A stretch of 59,644 nucleotides of DNA, counting the filler. It is 6 parts of 6 records of this genome, joined end to end, with 100 filler letters (N's around TTAATTAATTAA, not from the genome) between each part and the next. Parts side by side here need not be neighbours in the genome. Positions count along the whole stretch, not along the records: positions 1 to 5,188 come from SRR2962707_2762; positions 5,289 to 20,080 come from SRR2962707_2764; 4 more parts are not named here. One strand, written 5' to 3'. Shown here in pieces: positions 1 to 9,341 of this stretch (positions are counted from its first letter, which is position 1; every line of letters starts with the position of its first letter). The notes beneath the pieces were generated by a model, which was not told the DNA's origin, did not search any database, and worked only from the letters and a program-made list of their open reading frames with translations. A program made the translations under genes and the position numbers.

Positions 1-468
1 CAGCGCATGACCGCTGGTGAACCGCCGCTGAATGTTCAGATTGATCAGCGCAAACACCTTTGGATCGTGCAGTTTTTCCGCCAGCGCGGGGGAATAGGCG
101 TATTCGCAGATCCCCGCCTTTAGCTTGGCATAGGACAACAGCGAACTGACCCCCCATTCCTGCCGTCCCTCTGTGTCCAGCATGTCCCATTCCGCCGTCG
201 TTTCGGCCAGACTGCGCAGCGATTGTTTCAGCGTGTCCATGTCGTTGGAATTGTACCCCACCATCAGGCACAGCGTACGCGCATCAATCTGATGCTTGGG
301 TTTGGTGATCAACGTGTCATAGGCATTCAGTAGCAGCACGTTCGACAGCTTGCGTTGCAACAGCGTCAGCTTGCCCGACACATGTATCGCCGCCACGTTT
401 TTTTTCACCGACTGACGCCGCAGGGGTCCTGTCAGCCTGTCTTGCGAAACCTTGTCCTGTACCATCAT
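1..468 (-). CDS. repB: Plasmid/chromid replication initiator (Rep_3 / RepB-type), 3' end truncated by window edge
   Basis: Manual translation from ATG at 468 is open to position 1 (MMVQDKVSQDRLTGPLRRQSVKKNVAAIHVSGKLTLLQRKLSNVLLLNAYD...YAYSPALAEKLHDPKVFALINL). It resembles Rhodobacterales RepB initiators and is divergent from parAB. It is absent from the ORF track because no stop is in the window. Confidence 0.85.
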   Translation of the reverse strand, partial: MMVQDKVSQDRLTGPLRRQSVKKNVAAIHVSGKLTLLQRKLSNVLLLNAYDTLITKPKHQIDARTLCLMVGYNSNDMDTLKQSLRSLAETTAEWDMLDTEGRQEWGVSSLLSYAKLKAGICEYAYSPALAEKLHDPKVFALINLNIQRRFTSGHAL

Positions 469-576
469 CCTGTCCGCCGTCTGCCTCTGGTGTCGCGCCC
501 GGTGATCCGGGTCTGTCGCACGTCTTTGCCCAGGAACATCATGAACCAATAGGCACCCTACGACAATTCTTCTTTG

Positions 577-618
577 GGGACCCGTCTACGGGACAGACCC
601 ATCCCGTAGACGGGTCCC
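577..618. repeat. Perfect 17-bp inverted repeat in the putative origin
   Basis: GGGACCCGTCTACGGGA (577-593), 8-nt loop, TCCCGTAGACGGGTCCC (602-618). Confidence 0.9.
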
Positions 619-724
619 TTATGCGGTTTGTGGCCGCTGATCGGGGTGCAGAACCCCTGCGGGACTCTGCCAAGGGGCTGGAATAGACTCGTTTTGCCGG
701 TCTCACCCCCCTGCCCCGCGCCCG

Positions 725-925
725 GGCACCCCTCTTCCCGCGAATCGGAGTCCTTCGTACCGCAAACGGGTCCCCAAAGACCTGTACTCAGGTGCCCCTT
801 ATCCCGGAAACGTATCCCCAAAGACAGTTAACGCATTGGTAATGTGGCGTTCTCTGCATCTAAAGTCTCTTAAAGTCTGATAAAGAATAACAACCTTATG
901 TGTGTCCAGTTTCTTGAATATACTG
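725..925 (+). repeat. Putative replication origin: degenerate iterons plus AT-rich tract
   Basis: 8-mer cores GGCACCCC (725), GGAGTCCT (747), GGGTCCCC (768), GGTGCCCC (791) and GTATCCCC (812) are spaced 21-23 bp apart. AAACGnnTCCCCAAAGAC recurs at 764 and 808. An AT-rich stretch follows (~830-925). Confidence 0.65.
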
Positions 926-936
926 GTCAAAGGGGT

Positions 937-954
937 GGTTTCGCACGCGAAACC
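937..954. promoter_or_regulatory. parS-like palindrome copy 1
   Basis: GGTTTCGCACGCGAAACC upstream of parA. Confidence 0.7.
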
Positions 955-1070
955 AGGAGGCTTTGCCAATGACCTACGCTGTAACTTGGCGATTCCCATA
1001 TCCTCGTGGATGTGCGATGATTAGCGTGATAACGCACAAAACATGCGATCTGATACAGGGACCAACGCAT

Positions 1071-2477
1071 ATGGTACGTAAATCCGACACACCCCTGCCC
1101 CCCTACTTTAACCTTGATCCTGAACGCGCCTCGGCCCGTTTGGGCGATCCGGTGGACACAGCCCGATTCGCCAAGGCCGCCGCCTTTGCCGGTCGCGGGC
1201 GTGATGATCTGGCCAAACGTGGCTATGCCCCCGACGGGCGCAAACGACTGCGCAAATTCTCGACATGGGAAATCTGCCGCTACCTCATTCCCGTCGCCCC
1301 GGCCCACCTGCGGCGCGTCCTGAACAAATTTCCAGATCTGCCCCAGGGCGAAGGTGCCGGGAATGCCCGCTGGTTCACGCTTGAGGACGTCCTCAAGCTC
1401 CGCGACCACTTTGCCGAAGAGGGCGTGAGCACCAAGGAATATCGCCCCTACCGGCCCAAGGGCCTCCCGGCCAAGATTGTGGCCGTCGCCAATTTCAAGG
1501 GCGGCGTGGGCAAGACCAGCACGGCGGCGCATCTGGCGATGTCGGCGGCGCTGGATGGGTACAAGGTGCTGGTGATTGATCTCGATTCCCAAGGCTCCAT
1601 GACCTCAATCATGGGCGGTCAGGTGGCGGATGAATGGCAGACCGTCTTTCCCCTGCTGGCCAAGGATTACGCCACCCAACTGGTGGCTGAAAACCGTGTC
1701 CGAGAGGCGGCAGGCGACGCCCCTCACCCGCTGGACGAAACCCTGACCGAGGCGCTGACGGTTTCGCTGCGCGACGTGGTGCAGAAAACCCACTGGCCCA
1801 ACATCGATCTGGTCGGTGCACAGCTGAACCTTTATTGGGCGGAATTCCAGATCCCGGTCTGGCGGATGGCGCTGCGCAGCTGGCCGCTTTGGGATGCGCT
1901 GACCTCGGCCCTGGATCAGGGCGGCGCGCTGGATGAATACGATATCATCCTGCTCGATACGCCGCCGGCGCTGGGGTATCTTACCATCAACGCGCTGGCC
2001 GCAGCCGACATCCTGCTGGTGCCGCTGGGAGCGTCTTTCCTTGAGTTTGACAGCACTGGGCGGTTTTTTGACATGCTCTATTCCACCTTTGCGTCGATCG
2101 AAGATGGCGAAAACGCGGGACGTAAACGCGCGGGTCTGCCCGAGATGAAATTCGAATGGGACGCCGTGCGCGCCCTGATCACCCGCTTTGATGCCAGCCA
2201 GCAGACCGATATGGCAAACGTCATTCAGGCCTATTTCGGGGATATGATGAACGCCTATCGGCAGGAATATACCGCCATGGTCGGGCAGGCCGGGGAAAGC
2301 GTGTCCGGCATCTATGAGGCGGATTACCGCAACTACAACCGGGACACCTATACCCGGGGCCGCGAGGCGTTTGACCGCACCTATGCCGAGTTCAAGGAAC
2401 TGTTGATCGGGGCGTGGTGGCGCGACGAAAAGATGAAGAAGAAGGAGGCCGAGGATGGCAAAGCGCAGACAGCTTGA
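1071..2477 (+). CDS. parA: ParA-family partitioning ATPase with N-terminal extension
   Basis: Deviant Walker A KGGVGKTS, IDLDSQGS and LLDTPP motifs. Start placed at ATG 1071 (MVRKSD) rather than TTG 963. Confidence 0.93.
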   Translation: MVRKSDTPLPPYFNLDPERASARLGDPVDTARFAKAAAFAGRGRDDLAKRGYAPDGRKRLRKFSTWEICRYLIPVAPAHLRRVLNKFPDLPQGEGAGNARWFTLEDVLKLRDHFAEEGVSTKEYRPYRPKGLPAKIVAVANFKGGVGKTSTAAHLAMSAALDGYKVLVIDLDSQGSMTSIMGGQVADEWQTVFPLLAKDYATQLVAENRVREAAGDAPHPLDETLTEALTVSLRDVVQKTHWPNIDLVGAQLNLYWAEFQIPVWRMALRSWPLWDALTSALDQGGALDEYDIILLDTPPALGYLTINALAAADILLVPLGASFLEFDSTGRFFDMLYSTFASIEDGENAGRKRAGLPEMKFEWDAVRALITRFDASQQTDMANVIQAYFGDMMNAYRQEYTAMVGQAGESVSGIYEADYRNYNRDTYTRGREAFDRTYAEFKELLIGAWWRDEKMKKKEAEDGKAQTA

Positions 2478-3543
2478 GGTGCCTTCGGCAGAAGCGCTGA
2501 AGGAAATTGAGGACGGTTTCGCGCGCGAAACCCCCCGTGGCGGCACCCGACCCCCGATTGCCGATGTGGTGGCCGATGCGGCCCGAAGTGCCGACCCCCT
2601 GCCGCCCATGGCGCGCGAGGAAGTGGCCCGGGACAAGGCCGATGCGCTGGCCCTGCGCACGGCGCTGGAAAAGGGTCTGGTTGTGCGCGAAATCCCTGTG
2701 CACGAGGTGATGGCCGACGCCCTGACCCGCGACCGGATGGCACTGGACGATGACGAGATGCAGGAGTTGGTGGATTCGATTTCCCGCCATGGTCTGCGCC
2801 TGCCTATCGAAGTGTTCGAGCCATCCAACCCGGAGGCGGCAGGCCGCTATGCGCTGATCTCGGGGTTTCGCCGGTTGGCGGCCTATCGACAGTTGAACGC
2901 GATGTCGGGGGGCGAAAAGTTTCGTACCATCCCGGCCTTTGTCCGCGCCCCGACATCAGTGGCAGAGACGCTGGTGGCGATGATCGAAGAGAACGAGATT
3001 CGTGTCGGGCTGAGCCAGTACGAACGGGGCCGCGCGGCGGCGGTGGCGGTGCATGATGGCGTCTTTGCCAGCATTGATGAGGCCGTGAGCGCGTTGTTCC
3101 CGAGCGGGTCCAAGGCCAAGCGTTCCAAGATCCGCAGCTTTGCCCTGATCCACGATGAGCTGGGCGATATGCTGAGCCACGCCACGGCGCTGAGCGAACG
3201 GCAGTGTCTGCGGATCGCCACGGCGCTGCGGGCAGGGCAGGGGGATGTGATCCGCGAGGCGCTGGACGTGGCCGAGGCGGTCAGCCCCGAAGAGGAGTGG
3301 CTGGTGCTGTTGCCCTTTGTCGAAAGCGCCGAAGGTGCTGCGCCGGACCCGACGCGGGGCGGGCGGCCCAAGGTGGCGCGCAAGCCGAAACGGGGCGAGG
3401 TGATGGCGTTGGCCAATGGCGTGTCGATCGAAAAGATCAGCGGGCCAGAGGGCTATGCCATCCAGTTTCATGGCCGGATGGTGGATTCCGATATGGTCGA
3501 TGCAGTGATGGATCACATCCGCCATCTGCTGGAAAAGATCTGA
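2455..3543 (+). CDS. parB: ParB-family partitioning protein
   Basis: Overlaps the parA end. Contains ELVDSISRHGLRLPIEV, ISGFRRL (GxRR arginine patch) and EENEIR. Confidence 0.92.
   Translation: MAKRRQLEVPSAEALKEIEDGFARETPRGGTRPPIADVVADAARSADPLPPMAREEVARDKADALALRTALEKGLVVREIPVHEVMADALTRDRMALDDDEMQELVDSISRHGLRLPIEVFEPSNPEAAGRYALISGFRRLAAYRQLNAMSGGEKFRTIPAFVRAPTSVAETLVAMIEENEIRVGLSQYERGRAAAVAVHDGVFASIDEAVSALFPSGSKAKRSKIRSFALIHDELGDMLSHATALSERQCLRIATALRAGQGDVIREALDVAEAVSPEEEWLVLLPFVESAEGAAPDPTRGGRPKVARKPKRGEVMALANGVSIEKISGPEGYAIQFHGRMVDSDMVDAVMDHIRHLLEKI
2515..2532. promoter_or_regulatory. parS-like palindrome copy 2 (inside parB)
   Basis: GGTTTCGCGCGCGAAACC. Confidence 0.65.
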
Positions 3544-3561
3544 GGTTTCGCGTGCGAAACC
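3544..3561. promoter_or_regulatory. parS-like palindrome copy 3
   Basis: GGTTTCGCGTGCGAAACC immediately after the parB stop. Confidence 0.7.
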
Positions 3562-3628
3562 CCGGGGCGGGGGAGTGTTGGTTTTGGCGTCACTGAGTGC
3601 TGCCATTGGGGCCTAAAGGAGCGGTGTC

Positions 3629-3902
3629 ATTAGTGTGCAGTTGAAAATATCATTTCTGATCAATAACATGCCTTTGTTCGTAGTCTGGTCGAGCAGGGGT
3701 GTTTTTCCAATGTCAGCGCGGTGATTCAGAACGGTCTGGACCTGCTGCGCCAGCGGACAGAAGCGGAAGAGGCCGACACCGCCGCGCTGCGGCACCCGCT
3801 GGCACAGCGCTGCGAGGGGCCGTTCGTGACGGCAACAGAGATGACAACCGTGTCACCGTGATGATAGCAAACAGGCGGCGCGACCTTGGCCTGGAGGGTT
3901 GA
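3629..3902 (+). pseudogene. Degraded ribbon-helix-helix (ParD-like) antitoxin
   Basis: RBS AAAGGAG is followed by ATT instead of ATG. The frame reads SDQ*HAFVRSLVEQGCFSNVSAVIQNGLDLLRQRTEAEEADTAALR, with an in-frame TAA at 3664. The C-terminus (MIANRRRDLGLEG) lies in another frame. Confidence 0.7.
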
Positions 3903-4230
3903 GTTTGCCGAGGCGGCGGCACAGGATCTGGCGCTGATCCGCGACCATCTGATTGTTAGTTATCTGCCCTTTGGCAATGATCCGGCCACGGCGTTTGACT
4001 GCGCGGTGGCGCGGCTGGCCGGTATCCAGACCGCTGCGGCGGGGTTGGCGACTATACCCCATCAGGGCAGGTTGCGACGCGATCTGATGGAGGGTGTGCG
4101 GTTGGTGCGCCACGACCGGGCGGTGTTCTGGTTTGTGCCCGACGCGGTGCGAGGTAGTTCAGGTGCTGGCGGTTTTCTTTGGCGCGCAGGATTATATCCG
4201 GCACATGCTGGTGCGGTTGTTGGGGGCGAT
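3886..4230 (+). pseudogene. Frameshifted RelE/ParE-family toxin (end approximate)
   Basis: MAWRVEFAEAAAQDLALIRDHL...HQGRLRRDLMEGVRLVRHDRAVFWF is in one frame. The expected terminal strand (VQVLAVFFGAQDYIRHMLVRLLG) is in another frame after ~4150. Confidence 0.72.
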
Positions 4231-4375
4231 GTCGCGCAAAAATGCGCGCCCGCGATCACACGCGACACGGCCAAGGCGCTGTGGCCATATTTTTTCAGCT
4301 TTGGTCTGCGCCCCCTCGATTTTCGGGGGCGGGTTGGGTATACCATCGTAGACAGCAAAAAAGGCGTGAATCATC

Positions 4376-5188
4376 ATGGCAGACCAGAACACCCCCGATA
4401 TCGTATATACCAAAGTGGACGAAGCGCCGGAGCTTGCCTCGGCATCGTTTTTGCCAATCATCCGCGCCTTTGCATCGGCGGCTGATGTATCGATCGGCAC
4501 CCGTGACATTTCGCTGGCGGGACGGATCATCGCGGCATTCCCGGAAAATCTGAGCGAGGCGCAGCGCCAGAGCGATGATCTGGCCGTGCTGGGCGAATTG
4601 GTCAAAACGCCGACGGCGAATGTGATTAAGCTTCCCAATATCTCGGCATCCGTGCCGCAGCTGGTGGCGGCGCTGAAGGAATTGCAGTCGCAGGGTTATG
4701 ACATTCCCGATTACCCGGAAAACCCCGAAACCGAGGCGGAAAAAGCTGCGCGGGCGCGGTTTGACGCGATCAAGGGGTCGGCGGTGAACCCCGTCCTGCG
4801 CGAGGGCAATTCGGACCGCCGCGCCGCGATTGCGGTCAAGAAATACGCCATGTCGCACCCTCATTCGATGGGTGTCTGGTCGGGCGATAGCAAAACGCAT
4901 GTATCGACCATGGGCGCGAATGATTTCCGCGCCAATGAAACGTCCGTCACGCTGAGCGATGCACAGGCCGGTGCCGCACGCATCGAACATGTGGCCAAGG
5001 ACGGCACCGTGACGGTGCTGAAGGACAGCGTAAGCTTTCCTGCCGGGACGGTTGTCGATGCGACGTTCCTGTCGGCGCGTGCGCTGGATGCGTTTCTGGC
5101 CGAACAGATCGACGCGACCGCGGCCGAGGGGGTGTTGTTTTCCATCCACCTGAAGGCGACGATGATGAAGGTGTCTGACCCGATCATC
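4376..5188 (+). CDS. icd: Monomeric NADP-dependent isocitrate dehydrogenase, 3' truncated by contig end
   Basis: [39 protein letters not shown] and [14 protein letters not shown] motifs. Confidence 0.95.
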
Positions 5189-5288
5189 NNNNNNNNNNNN
5201 NNNNNNNNNNNNNNNNNNNNNNNNNNNNNNNNTTAATTAATTAANNNNNNNNNNNNNNNNNNNNNNNNNNNNNNNNNNNNNNNNNNNN
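5189..5288. other. Artificial contig spacer
   Basis: N-run + TTAATTAATTAA (stops in all six frames) + N-run, 100 nt. Confidence 0.97.
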
Positions 5289-5798
5289 CCACTGGTCCCA
5301 GCACACCAGCACGCCCAGTTTGCCAACCGACGTCTGGATAGGTGTAAACCCACTGCGACCATCGTTGAACGTGGCATCGCCGGGGGTAAAGTAGAATTTC
5401 TCATAAAAGCCCGGGTCGTCCGGGATGTGCATTTTCCGGTACAGCCCGGCCAGGCTGCCATCGGTGTCGAACACCACAGATGTGTTGTGGTAAACGCCAT
5501 TCATGCGCCTTTCAAAAATAGAACCCACAAGCACAACGCCTAATTCTTTTGCGAGACCAGACAGATAGTTGCTGGTGGGCCCGGGAATGGGCTCGGCAAG
5601 CTCAAAAATGGCGGTGTCTTCGGTCTGGCAGAAATACTGGGTGGCGTGCAGCTCCTGCAGGACAATCAACTGCGCGCCATCCGCCGCAGCCTGCCGTATC
5701 AGGCGTTCGGATGTCGCGAGACTCTGGTTCTTGTCGGGACTGCAGGTTTGCTGAATGGCGGCGACCTTCAGGTTGGAGCTGGTGTTCGTGCTGGTCAT
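5289..5798 (-). CDS. aguB: N-carbamoylputrescine amidase (nitrilase family), 3' truncated
   Basis: LQELH, YRKMHIPDDPGFYEKFYFTPGD and VCWDQW give the E-K-C triad. Overlaps the aguA stop. Confidence 0.88.
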
Positions 5799-6871
5799 AC
5801 CGTTACCACCCCCGCAGGAATTTGCATGGTTACGCAGTGCAGACTGCCGTGTTGGTAAATAAGCGGGCGGCAGTCAATCCGAATAATCTCCCGGTCTGGG
5901 AAGATGCCCGCCATGATGCGGACGGCTTCTTCGTCCTGCGGCACATCGTAGACTGGCAGCAGAACTGCGCCGTTGATGATCAGGAAGTTGGCGTAGGTCG
6001 CTGGCAACCTTTCGCCGTCCTCATCGTAAATCGGGTCGGGCCAAGGCAGGGGCGTCAGGCGATAGGGGGTGCCGTCGGCCTGACGGAATTCCTGCAATTC
6101 TTCTTCCATCGCCGCCAGGGCGCTGTAGTGCTCGTCCGCAACATCCGGGCAGGTCACATAGCAGATATGATCAGGCGCGCAGAACCGTGCCAGGGTATCT
6201 ATGTGGCTGTCGGTATCGTCGCCCGCCAGATATCCGTGGTTGAGCCAGAGAATACGATCGACCCCGAGGACCTCCTCCAGCAATTGCTCGATAGCCGTCC
6301 GATCCATGGATGGGTTTCTGGACGGAGTCAGCAGGCACTCGCTGGTAGTGAGCAAGGTGCCGGCGCCATCGGATTCTATAGAGCCGCCTTCCAGGACAAA
6401 ATCCACTGGCTGCAGTGGGTGTTTGCCGAAAACGCCCGCGTTCGCCAGGTGCCGGTTGAGTGCATCGTCTTTTTCCCAGGGAAATTTGTCTCCCCAGGCA
6501 TTGAACCGGAAGTCCAGCAGAGCGGGGCCGTCAGCGGTATCCACGGTGATGGGGCCGTGGTCCCTGGCCCAAGTGTCGTTGGCCGGGGCTGGCACAGTGA
6601 TTACGCGACCTGGTAACCCGTTGCCTTCGGCATAAGCGTTCAGCTGCTGGCCAAGTTGCTGGAGACGTGCCACGAACTCGCAGCTGATCACCAAGTGTTC
6701 AAAACGGAGGACCGCTTTGGCAATGGCCTCGAACACGGGCTCCACGTCGGCCATGCGCTTTGCCCAGTCGGTTCCGGGATGAGGCCAGGTCAACATGACT
6801 GCGCTTTGGGAAGCCCACTCCGCAGGCAACGTACGTCTGGAAGTCACTGTATAAGTCACCTTGGTTTGCAA
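5795..6871 (-). CDS. aguA: Agmatine deiminase family protein
   Basis: LPAEW, WARDHGP, LEGGSIESDG, DDTDSHID and GSLHCVT motifs. Confidence 0.9.
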   Translation of the reverse strand: MQTKVTYTVTSRRTLPAEWASQSAVMLTWPHPGTDWAKRMADVEPVFEAIAKAVLRFEHLVISCEFVARLQQLGQQLNAYAEGNGLPGRVITVPAPANDTWARDHGPITVDTADGPALLDFRFNAWGDKFPWEKDDALNRHLANAGVFGKHPLQPVDFVLEGGSIESDGAGTLLTTSECLLTPSRNPSMDRTAIEQLLEEVLGVDRILWLNHGYLAGDDTDSHIDTLARFCAPDHICYVTCPDVADEHYSALAAMEEELQEFRQADGTPYRLTPLPWPDPIYDEDGERLPATYANFLIINGAVLLPVYDVPQDEEAVRIMAGIFPDREIIRIDCRPLIYQHGSLHCVTMQIPAGVVTV

Positions 6872-6947
6872 AAGCCGCCATTCTATCTGAGCAATGCAGC
6901 CCGTGCATTGTCATTCCTTGGCCGGTGTTTGATGAAGCGGGTGTTTA

Positions 6948-7253
6948 TCAGTCTTTGTGTTGCTTTGCCACTGCATGTATTACGCGGTTACCTTCGAAAT
7001 AGACGACAAAATCCTGATAATGCCACTGACTGATGGGGGGTTCTCCGACCGGGCCTTTGATGTTCTGGGGGGCGCCCCAGCGATTTCGGACGGAGTCTTC
7101 ACTCATGCCGTTCGCGGGCAGGCTGATCTGGCTTCTGTCGGCCTGGCTGCCGACCGGTACCCTCAGTTCCTCAGCAAGGGCCAGTGGCGCTGAGCCGGCG
7201 AATACAGCCGTAGCCAAAACGGCGGCAGCCATCACATTGCGGTAGTTTGTCAT
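6948..7253 (-). CDS. Small exported protein (SmpA/OmlA-like motif)
   Basis: Signal peptide, then GMSEDSVRNRWGAP and WHYQDFVVYFEG. RBS GGAG lies upstream. Confidence 0.75.
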   Translation of the reverse strand: MTNYRNVMAAAVLATAVFAGSAPLALAEELRVPVGSQADRSQISLPANGMSEDSVRNRWGAPQNIKGPVGEPPISQWHYQDFVVYFEGNRVIHAVAKQHKD

Positions 7254-7357
7254 AGAGGAGTCTCCAATAATGCATGATTACTGCGCACTGTCTGCGGCAG
7301 ATGAATAAAACGTAATATCCCGAAAAGCTTAGCAAAAGTCAGCACTTTTTCAGTATC

Positions 7358-7942
7358 TTACTCTTTTTGGCGTTGCCGAATCTGCCAACGCATCACATGC
7401 CGGGCAATTTGCTGACGGTCGCTGTCATCCAGTTCAACAAACAGCGTGTGAACCCGTGTGCCGCCTTGGTTGTCGTGCTCGGTATCCAGTACTTCAGCAA
7501 TGGCTCTTGGCTGGTATAGCTCTGGTGGTAGAGTCATCCGAATGGCCAGTCGGTCACCCGCGCCAAAGGTTGCTGTCGGCCAGCGGAATGAGAGCCCGCC
7601 CTCACTCAGGGTTACATCCTGCCAGTCCTCCGGTTGCAACGGATTTTGCTCAAAGGCGATAATGCGCGCCAGCGTATCGACCTTGCTGTTCAGGGATTTG
7701 ACCAGCCCGGCCAGCAGGCGGTCGCGCTCAGCCAGGCTTGCCAGGTGTGCACGTACGTCCTGGTCCAGCCTCCGGAACTCGGCTTTCAGGGCTTCCAGTG
7801 GAGAGTTATTGAACGGATCGTCGCCGGGATGGGCGTCGTCCAGGCGGCGTACCTCAAGCCCGATACGGTCGTCTATCCGGAAGAACTCCCGGCGCTCCCG
7901 CTGGCTGTCTCCGCTCGGTGGCGTTTTATTCTGGCTTGGCAT
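7358..7942 (-). CDS. PilZ-domain protein
   Basis: ERREFFR (RxxxR) and TLSEGGL (D/NxSxxG-like). Start at ATG 7942 (MPSQNK). Confidence 0.82.
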   Translation of the reverse strand: MPSQNKTPPSGDSQRERREFFRIDDRIGLEVRRLDDAHPGDDPFNNSPLEALKAEFRRLDQDVRAHLASLAERDRLLAGLVKSLNSKVDTLARIIAFEQNPLQPEDWQDVTLSEGGLSFRWPTATFGAGDRLAIRMTLPPELYQPRAIAEVLDTEHDNQGGTRVHTLFVELDDSDRQQIARHVMRWQIRQRQKE

Positions 7943-8096
7943 CCTGTCTCCGGACGGGTTTTTATTGATTATAGAACAGTTTAGCAGTTTCCCAACGGCT
8001 GGTAAGAGGCCTGGCAAATCTCCGGGCCAGGTAATGATCGAGGCCAGCGGGGATTCAATAATCGACGGACCGCAAGGTAGCGACAGGCACCCCTAC

Positions 8097-9341
8097 ATGT
8101 TCAGACCCTTATCGTTTTATATTGGCCTGCGATATACCGCCGCCAAACGACGTAATCACTTCATCTCCTTTATCTCCCTGACCTCAATGATTGGCCTGAT
8201 GCTGGGCGTTGCGGTACTGATCATCGTGCTCTCGGTCATGAACGGGTTCGATCGCGAACTCAAGCAGCGCATTCTTGGGATGGTGCCTCATGCCACGATT
8301 CAGGGGGCTTCCGGTCCCCTGGAGAACTGGCAGGAGATTGACCAGAAGGTTGAAGCCTACCCGCGAGTGCTGGCGGCGGCTCCCTTTATCCAGGGGCAGG
8401 GCATGGTAACCGGTGGTGGTAACGTCCGGGGCGTGATGCTCAACGGTGTCCTGCCGGAGCAGGAGGCCAGCGTTTCGATTATCGAGAACCATTTCATCGA
8501 AGGCAGCCTTGAGGAGCTTCGGTCCGGGGAATTCGGAATCATCATTGGCCGGTTGATGGCAAACAGCCTTCGACTGGGGGTAGGCGATAAACTCACGGTG
8601 GTATTGCCCGAAGCTTCGGTAACGCCGGCCGGCGTGTTGCCCAGACTCAAGCGCTTTACCGTCAAGGGCATTTTCAGCGTTGGTGCCGAGCTTGATGGGA
8701 ACTACGCGCTGATTCATATGGATGATGCGGCGCGTTTGATGCGTACCGGTGGCCGCGCGGAGGGTATCCGGCTTTTAATGGATGACCTGTTTGCGGCGCC
8801 CAAAGTTGTCAATGATGTTGCCCGGACCCTGGGAGGCCGCTATTACGTATCGGACTGGACCCGCACCCACGGCAACCTGTTTCAGGCAATTCGCATGGAA
8901 AAAACCATGATCGGGTTGCTGTTGATGTTCATTGTGGCTGTGGCGGCCTTCAATATTGTGTCAACGCTGGTCATGGTGGTGACCGACAAGACCGCTGATA
9001 TCGCCATCCTGCGAACCATGGGCGCCACGCCCGGGCGCATTATGAGGATCTTTATTATCCAGGGTGCCGTGATTGGCGTGTTTGGCACGCTCACAGGTAC
9101 TGCATTGGGGATCTTCGGTGCCCTGAACATCAGTGGCTTTATTTCGTGGCTTGAATCGGCACTGGGGCATCAGTTTCTCAGCGCTGATGTCTATTTTATC
9201 AGCTACCTGCCGTCGCAGCTCCAGTTGCAGGATGTACTGATTATCAGCGGTGCGGGCCTTGCCATGAGCCTGCTGGCAACTATTTATCCGGCCTGGCGTG
9301 CGTCGCGGGTCGAACCGGCGGAGGCATTGCGTTATGAGTGA
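8097..9341 (+). CDS. lolC: Lipoprotein-releasing ABC transporter permease (LolC/E/F family)
   Basis: MFRPLSFYIGLRY, VLSVMNGF, AAFNIVSTLVMVV and PAEALRYE. The true start is ATG 8097. Confidence 0.9.
   Translation: MFRPLSFYIGLRYTAAKRRNHFISFISLTSMIGLMLGVAVLIIVLSVMNGFDRELKQRILGMVPHATIQGASGPLENWQEIDQKVEAYPRVLAAAPFIQGQGMVTGGGNVRGVMLNGVLPEQEASVSIIENHFIEGSLEELRSGEFGIIIGRLMANSLRLGVGDKLTVVLPEASVTPAGVLPRLKRFTVKGIFSVGAELDGNYALIHMDDAARLMRTGGRAEGIRLLMDDLFAAPKVVNDVARTLGGRYYVSDWTRTHGNLFQAIRMEKTMIGLLLMFIVAVAAFNIVSTLVMVVTDKTADIAILRTMGATPGRIMRIFIIQGAVIGVFGTLTGTALGIFGALNISGFISWLESALGHQFLSADVYFISYLPSQLQLQDVLIISGAGLAMSLLATIYPAWRASRVEPAEALRYE

Noticed and set aside
577..825. Origin repeats as a CRISPR array
   Set aside because: Units are short, degenerate and ~22-bp periodic with no unique spacers or cas genes; the context is rep/parAB
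3886..4485. 199-aa ORF as an intact toxin fusion overlapping icd
   Set aside because: Toxin-like sequence switches frame near 4150, and the rest is read-through
7458..8096. 213-aa N-terminal extension of the Lol permease
   Set aside because: It is the antisense shadow of the PilZ gene; the family-typical start is at 8097
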